Counted from the stretch's first letter, positions 15,160-25,255 are shown. The stretch is DNA of 34,685 nucleotides from Deltaproteobacteria bacterium (GCA_038150265.1 JAYOTF010000036.1:1-34685), one strand, 5' to 3'. Made by a program: numbers and translations. The notes: a model not told the origin generated them from the sequence alone.

Positions 15160-18072
15160 TCATTTTGATTGTGCCTGGCTAAGTTGGTTCGGAAGCGCCT
15201 CCACAACGGTGCCGTCACTGAAGGTGACAGAGGTTGGGGTGGCTGATGGATTGAAGACCAAGTACGTTCGGGTACCGTCTGCCTGACGGAACACCGCGTA
15301 GTGCGGGGTGTCTGCCGTCACGCTGAGGTCCGGAGGCCCCACCTCCCGGAGGAAGGAAAGCCAGTGCAGGGCATGCGAACGGGTGTCTCCGAGCTCAAAG
15401 GAGCCGTACTCGTCCCAGCGCTCAAAGCCGGCCTGGGGGTCCACCAGGGCCAGGTACTTGGCAAACAGGTCCTGCCAGATGTCCTTGGGGTTGGCCACCT
15501 TGCCCCGGTCCTGATAGATCACCATCTCCCGGTCCAGCGCCTCCAGGTTCCGCTTCACAAACTCCGGGCTGGCGGCGAGGTATGTGGAAGACGGGGTCAG
15601 CGGAAGCAGGTTGATGCCATGAATCTGACGAGGCTCATCGGTCCACCAGGTGGTGTGAGCGAGCCGTCCGCCGAAGACAATGCTCACCTGCTCATTCTGG
15701 TACTCAGGCGGCAGGCTCCGGCCGTGGATGTCGAACCAGTAGTGGTTCACGGACTGGATCTCGGTCGCATAGAGGTACATGCCGAGGTCCACCAACTCTG
15801 GCCGTCCGGTGGCAGCGCCCCACTGGATGAGGCCGGCCCACGCGTTGATGGATTCCGAAGACGACTCCTGGTTGTTGCCGTTGGGGTCCATGCCGGTTCC
15901 CCCGGCCCAACCGTGGCCTTCATACGGATCAAAGGCCCGCAGGTAGGGAAAGTCCCGGCGCCCGCGTTCAGCAGTGGCAATGTCAGAAACGAGGAGGTCG
16001 ATCATGGCGCCCCAGTTTTCGGGCTTTCCCCACTCCGGATCCTGCAAGGCAATGTCGCTGGCCGCGCGGATCCAGTAGCCATAGTGGAAGTGGTGGTCGT
16101 TGAGGTTCTTGACCGCGTCATACTCTTCCGGATAGCTCACCACGGTTCCAATGCCGGGGCTGTAGTGGAAGTACGTCTTGGCGCTGGTTCCAGAGAGCCA
16201 CTCTTCCATGCGCTCTCGGGTCAGATCCAGCAACCGATCACGGATCGCCGTCTCCCCCTGGGCCTCAGCAACGTTCATGAGCTGCGTGATGCGCTGCAGC
16301 CCCTTTCCTTGCCAATAGGGGCCCCAGCCAATTTCCAGAATCATGCTGCGGGCACGGGCGGCATCGCGGGAAATCTGGGTCTCCAGCGCGTCCCGGAAGT
16401 CTTCGGTCTGCACGCCTGGCCAGGCAGGCACAAAGCCGGGATACCGCAGGCGCGTGGTGAAGTCGTTGGTCGCATAGAGCTGAATCGGCCCCCGGATGCT
16501 GTCCAGGGCACCGCGCTTGGCCTTGGGCAGGCTCGCGTTTTCGTCATAGTGATGGGGGTAGAGTCCCACAATGGGGGGAGCCGTGAAGCCTTCGTGCTGC
16601 TCGGTCGTGGTGCGGAAGTGCGTGATCACCTCGCTGTTGGCACGGTCCACCTCCCACTCGGCACGCGTGTCGCGGATGAAGGTGTAGGCGCTGCGGAGGA
16701 AGTACCGGACGGTCACCGCGCGGGAGTTCGGAAGCACCGCCGCCGAAGCATAACGCCGGTCCTTGGGGAGGTTGAGCACCCACCCTGAACGGTCTGCTGG
16801 CGCCAGATCCGGGTTGATCTCAAAGCGGACATTGTCCACATCCACCGACATGGGACCCGTGGGCTCCAGGACAACCAGGTTCGTCAGCTTGGTGATGTCA
16901 GCAAAGGCGCCCGGACTGTAGCGGTTGCCGTTCGCCAGAATGTCCCGGACCGGAATCCGGAAGGTCTGCCAGGTCCCCGGCTCTGGAAGCGGGACCGAGT
17001 AGTCACTGACGTTCGGCCAGCCGCTGTCGAGCTTCACCAAAAATTCGGCTCCCGAATCGGCCTGGTTGAGCCGCAGGTCAAACACCAGCTCGCCCTGAGC
17101 CGCCCAGTAACTCAGGTCGGCACGCTGGGGGCCCTGCTCCTCGCCAAACACCATGAAGATGTTGCCATCCTGCCCCGACTTGCGGATCTGAAGGAACTTG
17201 TCCTCGCGGTCGTCACGGTCCATGAAGAACACCGAATCGCCTTCCGAATCGGTGACGTTGATCTGACCTTCCGGATTGTAGGTGCCCCAATTCAGTTCCG
17301 GATGCAGCCGGCCGTCATACACCACCAGCTGCTCCTGATCGCCAAACGTCGGTTGCGGCGGCGCTTCAGAGCCGGTGCTGTCAGCACTCGACCATAGCCC
17401 TCCGGACGGGCCAAAGACCGCATAGGTCTTGCCGGCGCCTTCCACCAGCAGCACCCGCGAGTCACCCGAGAAGACCGAGGCTTCAAAACCGGGAGCGGGC
17501 TTGACCTGCAGGTCTCCCGTGGTCAGCTCGAAGTACGCATAGGGACTGCCGTGGGAAAGGGTGCTGACCATCTGCTGATCGCCCTGCTCAAAGGCCACAT
17601 CAATGGACCAGTCTCCATGATCGGCCAGCTTGGCGGCTTCCGGCTCAAATCCGGTGGGAGCCAGCACCAGGTCAGCGCCGTGCGGATAGAACACCTCCAC
17701 GTCCTTCCGGGGTGTTGGGACGATCTTCTTCTGCGGCAGCCCCATCTCCAGCCCCTCCGGAGTCGCCTTGAACGTCAACGGATGCGCGTGCAGCACCTCC
17801 GACCACTGGGTAAACATCACAGACGAGTACCACTGATTCGTGGGCACGGCCTTTTCCCACATGGCTCCGGTCCGGTAGGGCGCTTCCGGCACCTCGCGGT
17901 CACCTCGAGAGGGTTCCAGTCGGTAGCCCCCCTTTCCCAGTTGCTGAACCTCCGGATTCACGGACGCAGGACCCGGCTGACCGGTGGCGCATCCCACGAG
18001 CATCAGCAACGCGCCCCAGCTTAGTAATCGATTACATTTTTGCGCAGTGTTCGTTCCAAATAGAGCCTTCAT
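15160..18072 (-). CDS. GH81 endo-beta-1,3-glucanase, predicted lipoprotein, with inserted beta-sandwich domain
   Basis: PTNQWYSS, LNDHHFHYGYW, FDPYEGHGWA, NQESSSESINAW (GH81 catalytic D/E/E), HGINLLP; lipobox LVG-C28; GAGG RBS. Confidence 0.9.
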   Translation of the reverse strand: MKALFGTNTAQKCNRLLSWGALLMLVGCATGQPGPASVNPEVQQLGKGGYRLEPSRGDREVPEAPYRTGAMWEKAVPTNQWYSSVMFTQWSEVLHAHPLTFKATPEGLEMGLPQKKIVPTPRKDVEVFYPHGADLVLAPTGFEPEAAKLADHGDWSIDVAFEQGDQQMVSTLSHGSPYAYFELTTGDLQVKPAPGFEASVFSGDSRVLLVEGAGKTYAVFGPSGGLWSSADSTGSEAPPQPTFGDQEQLVVYDGRLHPELNWGTYNPEGQINVTDSEGDSVFFMDRDDREDKFLQIRKSGQDGNIFMVFGEEQGPQRADLSYWAAQGELVFDLRLNQADSGAEFLVKLDSGWPNVSDYSVPLPEPGTWQTFRIPVRDILANGNRYSPGAFADITKLTNLVVLEPTGPMSVDVDNVRFEINPDLAPADRSGWVLNLPKDRRYASAAVLPNSRAVTVRYFLRSAYTFIRDTRAEWEVDRANSEVITHFRTTTEQHEGFTAPPIVGLYPHHYDENASLPKAKRGALDSIRGPIQLYATNDFTTRLRYPGFVPAWPGVQTEDFRDALETQISRDAARARSMILEIGWGPYWQGKGLQRITQLMNVAEAQGETAIRDRLLDLTRERMEEWLSGTSAKTYFHYSPGIGTVVSYPEEYDAVKNLNDHHFHYGYWIRAASDIALQDPEWGKPENWGAMIDLLVSDIATAERGRRDFPYLRAFDPYEGHGWAGGTGMDPNGNNQESSSESINAWAGLIQWGAATGRPELVDLGMYLYATEIQSVNHYWFDIHGRSLPPEYQNEQVSIVFGGRLAHTTWWTDEPRQIHGINLLPLTPSSTYLAASPEFVKRNLEALDREMVIYQDRGKVANPKDIWQDLFAKYLALVDPQAGFERWDEYGSFELGDTRSHALHWLSFLREVGPPDLSVTADTPHYAVFRQADGTRTYLVFNPSATPTSVTFSDGTVVEALPNQLSQAQSK
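18023..18040. promoter_or_regulatory. LacI-type operator inside the 5' end of the GH81 gene
   Basis: Perfect palindrome GTAATCGATTAC (18024-18035); minus strand AAAATGTAATCGATTAC matches AAAATGTAATGGATTAC at 25227-25243 in 16/17 nt. Confidence 0.65.
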
Positions 18073-18128
18073 GCTTCCTCAGGTCATGGACTGCGTGACA
18101 GGCAGTCGAAAAAAGTTAAGGCGGTGGA

Positions 18129-19160
18129 TTAGGTGGTTTCCGGACCCCCTGCCGGTTCCTTCAGGGCAAAGCAGCGGGCAAAGTGACCGGGCCGGACCTG
18201 TTGCACCGGAGGCAGCTCCTGGCGGCAGGCGTCCTGAACGAGGGGGCAGCGCTCGGCAAACGGGCACCCGCGGCTTTCCGGAGTCCACAGCGGGACATCG
18301 GCCTTGGTGGCCTCCTGGCGCCGGGACCGCTTGCGCTTCGGATCCGGAACCGAGTCCAGCAGCAGCTGTGTGTAAGGGTGCTGAGGCTGCTGCGTCACCG
18401 ATTCACTGTTGCCCCACTCCACCATGTGTCCGGCGTACATGACGGCGGTCCGCTCTGCAAAGTACCGGGCCGTGGCAATGTCATGCGTGATGTAGAGAAA
18501 CGCGATCTGCTTGTCGCGCTTCATGTCTTCCATCAGGTTCAGGATGCCCAGTCGAATGGAGACATCGAGCATGGAAATGGGCTCATCAGCCAGGATGACC
18601 TCGGCTCCGACCGCCAGGGCCCGGGCGATGGCGACGCGTTGTCGCTGGCCGCCACTGAGCTCATGAGGGTACTTCTCTGCGGTTTCCTGCACCGGAGCCA
18701 GCCCCACCTGGTTCAGCAGTTCGCCAATGCGGACCTTCAGCTCGGCCTCCGAAAGCTGGGGGTGGTGAAGCTGCAGGGGCCGCATCAGGTGGTGCTCCAC
18801 GGTGTGGACGGGGTTCAGCGAGCCAAACGGGTCCTGAAAGATCATCTGCATCCGGGAGGCGTACCGGAGGCGTTCGGCAACCGACTGAATTTCCGTGATC
18901 TCCTGCTGGTCAAAGCGGATGCGTCCGCTGCTGGGCGTGTTGAGCCGGCAAAGCGCCCGGGCGCAGGTGCTCTTTCCGGAGCCGGACTCGCCCACAACGG
19001 CCAGGGCTTCTCCGGGGTACAGGTCAAACGAAACCGCATTGACGGCCCGCAGCACCTGCTTCTTGAAGAGGCTGTTCTGGTTGGCAAAGTCCACCACGAG
19101 GTCCTGCACCTCAACGATCGGGCGTTTGGTCGGTGCCGCTTGCTTCAGGTTCGCCGTCAT
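18129..19160 (-). CDS. ABC transporter ATP-binding protein (Opp/Dpp F-type)
   Basis: GESGSGKST, LSGGQRQR, ILADEP, HPYTQLL, C-terminal CPFAERC; ATG 19160 overlaps upstream stop. Confidence 0.93.
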   Translation of the reverse strand: MTANLKQAAPTKRPIVEVQDLVVDFANQNSLFKKQVLRAVNAVSFDLYPGEALAVVGESGSGKSTCARALCRLNTPSSGRIRFDQQEITEIQSVAERLRYASRMQMIFQDPFGSLNPVHTVEHHLMRPLQLHHPQLSEAELKVRIGELLNQVGLAPVQETAEKYPHELSGGQRQRVAIARALAVGAEVILADEPISMLDVSIRLGILNLMEDMKRDKQIAFLYITHDIATARYFAERTAVMYAGHMVEWGNSESVTQQPQHPYTQLLLDSVPDPKRKRSRRQEATKADVPLWTPESRGCPFAERCPLVQDACRQELPPVQQVRPGHFARCFALKEPAGGPETT

Positions 19161-20146
19161 GCCGCCCTCCCGGCATTCCAGCAGGCCACCTGCCGTCCTG
19201 CGACGGGCTCCAGTGGCGGAACCGCCTGGAGGCACGCTTCCGTCTGATGCGGGCAGCGGGCCTGAAAGGCGCACCCGGCCGGAAGCTCCAGCAGGTTGAC
19301 CGGACTTCCCGGAATGCCCTCGAGCCGGACCTTGGGGCCATGAATGGTGGGGAACGATGCCAGCAGGCCCTGTGTGTAAGGGTGCGTTGGGTGGCTCATG
19401 ATCTGCTCCGCGGTGCCAATTTCCACCAGCTTGCCCGCGTACATCACCCCAATCCGGTCGGAGATTTCTCCCATCAGGCTCAGGTCGTGGCTGATGAAGA
19501 GCACTGAAAATCCAAACTGTTCCTTCAACTCGTAGAGCTCTTCCATGATCTCCCGCTCCACCACCACATCCAGCGCAGTGGTGGGTTCATCCATGATGAT
19601 CAGCTTGGGATTCAGCGCGAGCGCAATGGCAATCACCACCCGTTGCCGCATGCCCCCGGAGAGTTGATGCGGGAAGCTGCTCAGGCGACTGGAGTGGATG
19701 CCGACGACCTGAAGCAGCTCTGCAGAACGCTCCAGCGCCTGCGCGGGGGTGAGGTCTCGGTGTGCCAGCAGCACGTCGCTCATCTGCTCACCAATCGAAA
19801 TGACCGGATTCAGTGAGTTCATGGCGCTTTGGAAGACGATGCTCACCTCACTCCAGCGGAACTTCCGGAGCTGCTCGTCTCCCATGCGCAGCACATCCTG
19901 GCCATTGAACCAGACCTCGCCTTCGGAAATCAGGGCGGGCATCTTGTGCAGACGGGAGATGGCAAACGCCAGGGTTGATTTGCCGCATCCGGACTCACCG
20001 GCCAGGCCCAGCGTTTCCCCGGAGTGGATTTCCAGAGACACCTCATTCACTGCGCGGGCAATGCCGTTGGGCGACACATAATCCACACACAGCCCCCGCA
20101 GGTTGAGGAGCGCTCCTCCCGGCTGTTGCGATGGGACCGCACTCAT
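19157..20146 (-). CDS. ABC transporter ATP-binding protein (Opp/Dpp D-type)
   Basis: GESGCGKST, LSGGMRQR, MDEPTTALD, HPYTQGLL, CAFQARC. Confidence 0.95.
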   Translation of the reverse strand: MSAVPSQQPGGALLNLRGLCVDYVSPNGIARAVNEVSLEIHSGETLGLAGESGCGKSTLAFAISRLHKMPALISEGEVWFNGQDVLRMGDEQLRKFRWSEVSIVFQSAMNSLNPVISIGEQMSDVLLAHRDLTPAQALERSAELLQVVGIHSSRLSSFPHQLSGGMRQRVVIAIALALNPKLIIMDEPTTALDVVVEREIMEELYELKEQFGFSVLFISHDLSLMGEISDRIGVMYAGKLVEIGTAEQIMSHPTHPYTQGLLASFPTIHGPKVRLEGIPGSPVNLLELPAGCAFQARCPHQTEACLQAVPPLEPVAGRQVACWNAGRAA

Positions 20147-21120
20147 GACTGACTCCGTTGTCGCTCAATTTTTACCGACAGCTGCTTCCAGATCCGCAGG
20201 TGCGGTCCGGTCTTCAGCTTGGGATTGCTCACCTGGTCGATGGACATGTTGATCAGCGCCAGGGCTCCTCCGAACACGGCGATGATCGTGGCCGGCGTGA
20301 AGACGTCCCACCATGCTCCGGTGAAGAGCGAGGAGTTGTTCTGTGCCCAGTAGAGCATCGTCCCCCACGTCACCGCACTGGGATCGCCGAGCCCCAGAAA
20401 CTCGAGACCCGCCTGGCTGAGCAGGGCATACAGGACCACCCCGATGAACCCACCTCCAACAATGGAGATCAGGTTGGGGAGGATTTCGACCAGGATGATG
20501 CGCCAGCGGCGCTCGCCCATGACTTCAGCAGCCAGCACAAACTCCTTGTAGCGCAGGGCCATGGTCTGGGCTCGGATGATCCGGGTGCCCCAGGGCCAGG
20601 CGGTCAGCCCAATCAGCAGCGCAATCACCGGGGGCCCGACTTGCCCCAGGAAGGCGGCCAGCACAATCAGCAACGGCACTTGAGGAAAGACCAGGACCAC
20701 GTTGGTGAAGAAGTTGATCCATTCGTCGACCTTGCCCCCAAAGTAGCCCGAGGACATGCCGAGCAGCACCGCGATGGTCATGGCAATGGCTCCGGAGCCA
20801 AAGGCCACGGCCAGCGACGTCCGGCCTCCGTAGAGCGCCTGGCTGTAAATATCGCGACCGCTGCGGGTGGTGCCCAGCCAGTGTTCGGCGCTCGGGGCCT
20901 CGTGGGGCCGCGCCACCCGACGTTCCGGGTCAAACGGCGCCAACACCGGGGCCAGCGAACACGCCACAATCATCAGCACCATCAGGCCCACCCCAATCAG
21001 GGCCGGCGGGTTTCCATGAAAAAATCCACGGATCCGGTGAAACCGCTTCTTCTGCCTCTCAGGCCGGGCCTTGGCCCCAGACTCCGGCAAAGCGGGTTTC
21101 CCAGTAACCGATGCGTCCAT
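20143..21120 (-). CDS. ABC transporter permease (OppC-type)
   Basis: HWLGTTRSGRDIYS, EFVLAAEVMG EAA loop, LEFLGLG. Confidence 0.93.
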   Translation of the reverse strand: MDASVTGKPALPESGAKARPERQKKRFHRIRGFFHGNPPALIGVGLMVLMIVACSLAPVLAPFDPERRVARPHEAPSAEHWLGTTRSGRDIYSQALYGGRTSLAVAFGSGAIAMTIAVLLGMSSGYFGGKVDEWINFFTNVVLVFPQVPLLIVLAAFLGQVGPPVIALLIGLTAWPWGTRIIRAQTMALRYKEFVLAAEVMGERRWRIILVEILPNLISIVGGGFIGVVLYALLSQAGLEFLGLGDPSAVTWGTMLYWAQNNSSLFTGAWWDVFTPATIIAVFGGALALINMSIDQVSNPKLKTGPHLRIWKQLSVKIERQRSQS

Positions 21121-21121
21121 G

Positions 21122-22099
21122 TCACTTTCCTCGCAAACGGGGGTCGAGCCAGATCAGCAACAGATCGGCGACAAAATTGGCGGCCAGCATGCACAGCACA
21201 ATCAGCAGCAAAATGGCCTGAATCAGCGGGTAGTCCCGGGCGTTGATGGCCTTGAGCATCAGGTTCCCCAACCCGGGATAGTTGAAGACCACCTCGGTAA
21301 ACAGGGAGCCTGCCAGCACAAAGCCCACCGCCATCGAGACCGCGGTCATGACCGGCAGCATGGCGTTGCGCTGGGCATAGCGGAGCATCACCCGCCACGG
21401 CGTCAGCCCCTTGGCCTCGGCCATGGTGATGTAGTCTTCTCCCAGCACATTGATCAGGGCGTTGCGCATGTTGAAGAGCCACCCGGAGATGCCCACCACG
21501 ACCATGGAGAGCATGGGCAGGGTGGAGTGCTTGATCACACTGGAAATGAACTCCCAGGTCCACGCCGGATCCAGCTCCGGATCGTAGGCATACGAAAGCG
21601 GAAACCACTTCAGCTTCAACCCGAGGAAGAAGAACACCACCATTGCGCTCACCACATACGGAAACGCGCTGATGAACATGGTCAGAGGCGGGACAATGGA
21701 GTCAAACCAGCGCCCCCGGTTGGAGGCGGCATAGGTTCCGGAGAGGATGCCGATGAGGACACTGAGGAACAGCGAGGTGCCCGCCAGGAACACCGTCCAG
21801 GGCAGCCCAATCATCAGCACTTCGGTCACCGGTGTGGGAAAGAGCAGGACCGAGGGGCCCAGGTCCCAGTTCACCACACTGACGAGGTAAGACAGGTACT
21901 GCTCCCAGATGGGGCCATCGACAAACCCATACATCGCCCGAACGGCTTCCATCTGAGACGGGTCCATCTTCCCCATCGCGCCCGCAAAAAGCGCATCCAC
22001 CGGATCTCCCGGCATGAGCCGAGGGATGAGGAAGTTGAACGAAATCGCCAGAAAGAAGGCGGTGGCGTAGAAGGTCAGGCGGCGTGCGATAAAGCTCAT
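21122..22099 (-). CDS. ABC transporter permease (OppB-type)
   Basis: PRLMPGDP, EDYITMAEAKGL, EVVFNYPGLG, RDYPLIQ. Confidence 0.95.
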   Translation of the reverse strand: MSFIARRLTFYATAFFLAISFNFLIPRLMPGDPVDALFAGAMGKMDPSQMEAVRAMYGFVDGPIWEQYLSYLVSVVNWDLGPSVLLFPTPVTEVLMIGLPWTVFLAGTSLFLSVLIGILSGTYAASNRGRWFDSIVPPLTMFISAFPYVVSAMVVFFFLGLKLKWFPLSYAYDPELDPAWTWEFISSVIKHSTLPMLSMVVVGISGWLFNMRNALINVLGEDYITMAEAKGLTPWRVMLRYAQRNAMLPVMTAVSMAVGFVLAGSLFTEVVFNYPGLGNLMLKAINARDYPLIQAILLLIVLCMLAANFVADLLLIWLDPRLRGK

Positions 22100-22118
22100 C
22101 AGCGTTCTCGGCTCGGCC

Positions 22119-23765
22119 CTACTTCATGTGCAGTTCATTGAAGAGAATCACCCGCTTGCCGGCATCGTACCAAACCGGGTGCACGTACGGATTCTCAGCC
22201 GTGGGCCACCCGGTGATGCGGGTGGAGTTGTACTGGAACCACGTCGGGTTGGAAAACAGGCTGATGAAGGGCAGGTTCTCGGCGGTGAAGCGCTGCAGCT
22301 CCGCCAGAATCTCCTGCTTGCGCGACGCATCGGTGATCCGTCCATACTCCTCAATCAGGCGGTCCACCTTCTTGGCATGAATGCCATGGTTCGCATGCCA
22401 GATCTGACCAATCCGGGAGGTGTGGAAGTACTCGTTGAAGGTCTGAATCGGATCCACGGAAAGCAACGACCAGTTGATCGCCGCCTCGTAGGTTCCCTGC
22501 TTGAGGCTGCCGTCGTACACGCCCCAGTCCACCGCTTCCACTCGAGACTTGATGCCAATCTCTTCGAGGTACTCGGTCACCATCTGGACCGTCTGCACCC
22601 AGTCCGTCCAGCCGTTGACCACCCGGATGTTGAAGTCAATGGGAGACCCGTCCGGATTCTCCAGGAAGCCGTCCCCGTCGGTGTCCTGGTATCCGGACTC
22701 CTCCAGCAGCGCACGAGCCGCCTCCGGATCGTAGTCCGTGAGCGAGCCGTACTCCTTGGAAACCTGCGGGTCCATGTACTTTTCGAAGTAGCTGCCCAGG
22801 CCTCCGGGGAAGTGATTCACCGTCGGATAGCCATAGGCGGCCAGATCCACAATCGTCTCCCGGTCAAGCGCCATGGAAAACGCCTTGCGGAAGTTCAGGT
22901 CACTGAACGGCTTCTTGCGCGTGTTGAGGTAGATGTGAATCGCATCGTTGGCCGGGTACCAGTAGTGGTGCGTGTCCGGATTCGGAGCCACGTAGGTCTT
23001 TTCAATGTCCGCAATGAAGTTCGAGCCCCAGTCGATCTCATCATTCATCAGCGCCGGCTGAATCTGAGAGTTGTCGTTGAAGGCGCGGTACGTCACACAG
23101 TCCAGGTAGGGGCGCCCTTCCAGGTAGTAATTGGGATTCCGGCAGATCTGCATCTGCTGGGGCTTGACGTACTCAACCTGGGTAATGGGGCCACTGCCCA
23201 CAGGATTCGGGTTCTCAAACGTTGTTGGGTCCTCCACCGCCCCCCAGATGTGTTCCGGAACCACCTGATAATTGGGAATGGACCACTCCACCGTGGTGTC
23301 CACATCCTTCAGCACCACCTGAAAGGTCTGGTCATCCACAGCCACCACGTCCGTGACCTTTCCGGAGGCAAAGAGCCCCGCCGCATCAAACGCCGGGTAC
23401 TTCTGGGCCAGCTTCATGCTGAACGCCACATCCTGGGCCGTCAGTGCCTGTCCATCGGACCACTTGAGCCCGGAACGGAGGGTGTAGTTGATCGCCTTGA
23501 GGTCTTCCGAGTAGCTGAAGGATTCCACCAGCCGGTAGTCCACGGTGCCGGCCATGGTGTTGTACACCAGCAGGGGCTCAAACATGAGGCCCTTGATGTT
23601 GTCGCCGTTGGTGAAGGGGTTGAAGTTTTCCGTGAAGGCAGGGGTGATGATCGGGACCGTCAGCGTTCCGCCCTGTTGGGGAGCCGCGTGAACAGAGGCA
23701 GCCAACCCGAGCCCGACAAGCAGGTGGGTCGATGCCATGGACCAGAAGCGAAGAGTGGATCTCAT
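22119..23765 (-). CDS. Family 5 extracellular solute-binding protein, oligosaccharide-binding subtype
   Basis: Signal peptide ending VHA, NFNPF, KWSDGQALTAQDV, CRNPNYY…DC, GWTDW; ATG 23765 with AAGGAG RBS. Confidence 0.92.
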   Translation of the reverse strand: MRSTLRFWSMASTHLLVGLGLAASVHAAPQQGGTLTVPIITPAFTENFNPFTNGDNIKGLMFEPLLVYNTMAGTVDYRLVESFSYSEDLKAINYTLRSGLKWSDGQALTAQDVAFSMKLAQKYPAFDAAGLFASGKVTDVVAVDDQTFQVVLKDVDTTVEWSIPNYQVVPEHIWGAVEDPTTFENPNPVGSGPITQVEYVKPQQMQICRNPNYYLEGRPYLDCVTYRAFNDNSQIQPALMNDEIDWGSNFIADIEKTYVAPNPDTHHYWYPANDAIHIYLNTRKKPFSDLNFRKAFSMALDRETIVDLAAYGYPTVNHFPGGLGSYFEKYMDPQVSKEYGSLTDYDPEAARALLEESGYQDTDGDGFLENPDGSPIDFNIRVVNGWTDWVQTVQMVTEYLEEIGIKSRVEAVDWGVYDGSLKQGTYEAAINWSLLSVDPIQTFNEYFHTSRIGQIWHANHGIHAKKVDRLIEEYGRITDASRKQEILAELQRFTAENLPFISLFSNPTWFQYNSTRITGWPTAENPYVHPVWYDAGKRVILFNELHMK

Positions 23766-23784
23766 GTGATTTCTCCTTGTTGAA

Positions 23785-25176
23785 TTAAGGCCTTGAGGAA
23801 GCCTGAAGCAAAGCATCTTTCCCTGTCTGCCGTCGACGCTCGTGCATGAGGCGGCAGAAGGCTTTGGCGCTCTCCTTGAGGGTACGTTCCTGAGTCTCAT
23901 AGTTGACGTGGACGAGGCCGAAGCGCTTCTCGTACCCTTCCGCCCACTCGAAGTTGTCCATCAGGCTCCAGGCGAAGTACCCGGTGATGTTCACCCCCTG
24001 CTCAATGGCCTGGTGCACGGCGTTGAGGTGAGCATCGAAATAGCGACAGCGTTGATCGTCATCGACCTCTCCCTTCTGAACCTGGTCGGCGCCGGCGGCT
24101 CCGTTTTCCGTGATCATCAAGGGGGGAAGCTGATACTGACGGTGCAAGTCAACCAGCAACTCGGTGAGCCCTTCGGGGTAGATTTCCCAACCGATGTCGG
24201 TGTGCTCCGCCTCCGGGTTGGGTTCAATCTGTAGGAAGTGCTCCTTGTCGTAACGGCTGATGTTGCGGGTGTAGTAGTTGATCCCGATGAAGTCCATGGG
24301 TGCCGAAATCGTGGCCAGATCGCCCTCCAGTACCAGCGGCTCTTCCTGCGGGTTGAAGCGGTTGTAGATGTGCGGATACTCCCCCCGGAGCAGGGGCTCG
24401 AGGAACCAGTGGTTGCCTCCCGCTTCAGCCAGCTTGGCCGAAATCAGGTCGTCATAACGGTCCGTCTGCGGGGTCATCGGCCCCATGTTCAGCACAATGC
24501 CACTCTTGGCAGCCGGCGCATTGTGACGCAGCACCTCCATTCCCATCCCATGGGCCAGAAGCAGGTGGTGTGCAGCCTGACGCGCATAGCGGATGCTCTT
24601 CAGCCCCGGAGCGTGCACGCCATAGCCGTACCCCAGAAACGACGAGCACCAGGGCTCGTTCAGGGTCGCGTATGAGGTCACGCGGTCTCCCAATTCCCGA
24701 GTCATCAGGTCGGCATAGTCCCGGAACCGGTAAGCGGTTTCCCGGTTGAGCCACCCTCCTCGGTCCTCCAGGTGCTGGGGCAGGTCCCAGTGATACAGGG
24801 TGACGTACGACTGCAGCTCCAGCTCGCCCAGGCGGTCCAGCAAGCGCTTGTAAAAATCAATGCCCACCTGGTTCGGGGTGCCGTCTTCGGCCATCACCCG
24901 TGGCCAGGCGATCGAAAACCGGTACGCGTCCACCCCCAGCTCCTTGATCAGGTTCAGGTCCTGCTCCCAGCGATGGTAATGATCACACGCCGGATTCCCC
25001 GTGTCCCCGTTCTTGACCTTGCCTGGTGTGTCACAAAACGTATCCCAGATGCACGGGATTCGCCCGTCTTCTTGAGTGGCTCCTTCAATCTGAAAAGACG
25101 CCGTCGCCACCCCGTAAGTGAACTCAGGGGCCAGCAGGCTTGTGCCTTCAGGGAGCTTGAATCGGAAACTTGCCAT
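23785..25176 (-). CDS. GH1 beta-glucosidase
   Basis: GVATASFQIEG, CDHYHRW, YRFSIAWPR, TLNEPW (acid/base), ITENGA (nucleophile), WSLMDNFEWAEGY; no signal peptide. Confidence 0.96.
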   Translation of the reverse strand: MASFRFKLPEGTSLLAPEFTYGVATASFQIEGATQEDGRIPCIWDTFCDTPGKVKNGDTGNPACDHYHRWEQDLNLIKELGVDAYRFSIAWPRVMAEDGTPNQVGIDFYKRLLDRLGELELQSYVTLYHWDLPQHLEDRGGWLNRETAYRFRDYADLMTRELGDRVTSYATLNEPWCSSFLGYGYGVHAPGLKSIRYARQAAHHLLLAHGMGMEVLRHNAPAAKSGIVLNMGPMTPQTDRYDDLISAKLAEAGGNHWFLEPLLRGEYPHIYNRFNPQEEPLVLEGDLATISAPMDFIGINYYTRNISRYDKEHFLQIEPNPEAEHTDIGWEIYPEGLTELLVDLHRQYQLPPLMITENGAAGADQVQKGEVDDDQRCRYFDAHLNAVHQAIEQGVNITGYFAWSLMDNFEWAEGYEKRFGLVHVNYETQERTLKESAKAFCRLMHERRRQTGKDALLQASSRP

Positions 25177-25229
25177 GGTGGATCAAATCTTCGCCATTGG
25201 GTGTCAAAGGTACATTCTCAAAATTGAAA

Positions 25230-25245
25230 ATGTAATGGATTACAT
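25230..25245. promoter_or_regulatory. LacI-type operator 1 of the glucan locus
   Basis: ATGTAAT-GG-ATTACAT inverted repeat in the AT-rich divergent intergenic region. Confidence 0.75.
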
Positions 25246-25255
25246 AAAATGAGAC

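Noticed and set aside
14346..15286. ORFs 14346-15053 (-), 14660-15286 (+), 14787-15032 (+) and a possible ncRNA/riboswitch in the 14818-15075 gap
   Set aside because: ORFs overlap real genes and have atypical composition; no recognisable RNA family motif by eye (an Rfam scan would be needed)
18129..23765. Dipeptide/oligopeptide or nickel transport function
   Set aside because: Context between GH1 and GH81, LacI operators and SBP subtype point to oligosaccharides
22128..23783. Long antisense ORFs (e.g. 22128-23783, 15301-16788, 4966-6363, 28658-29746, 11322-12275)
   Set aside because: Shadow ORFs opposite well-supported genes, expected from high-GC codon bias; no recognisable motifs
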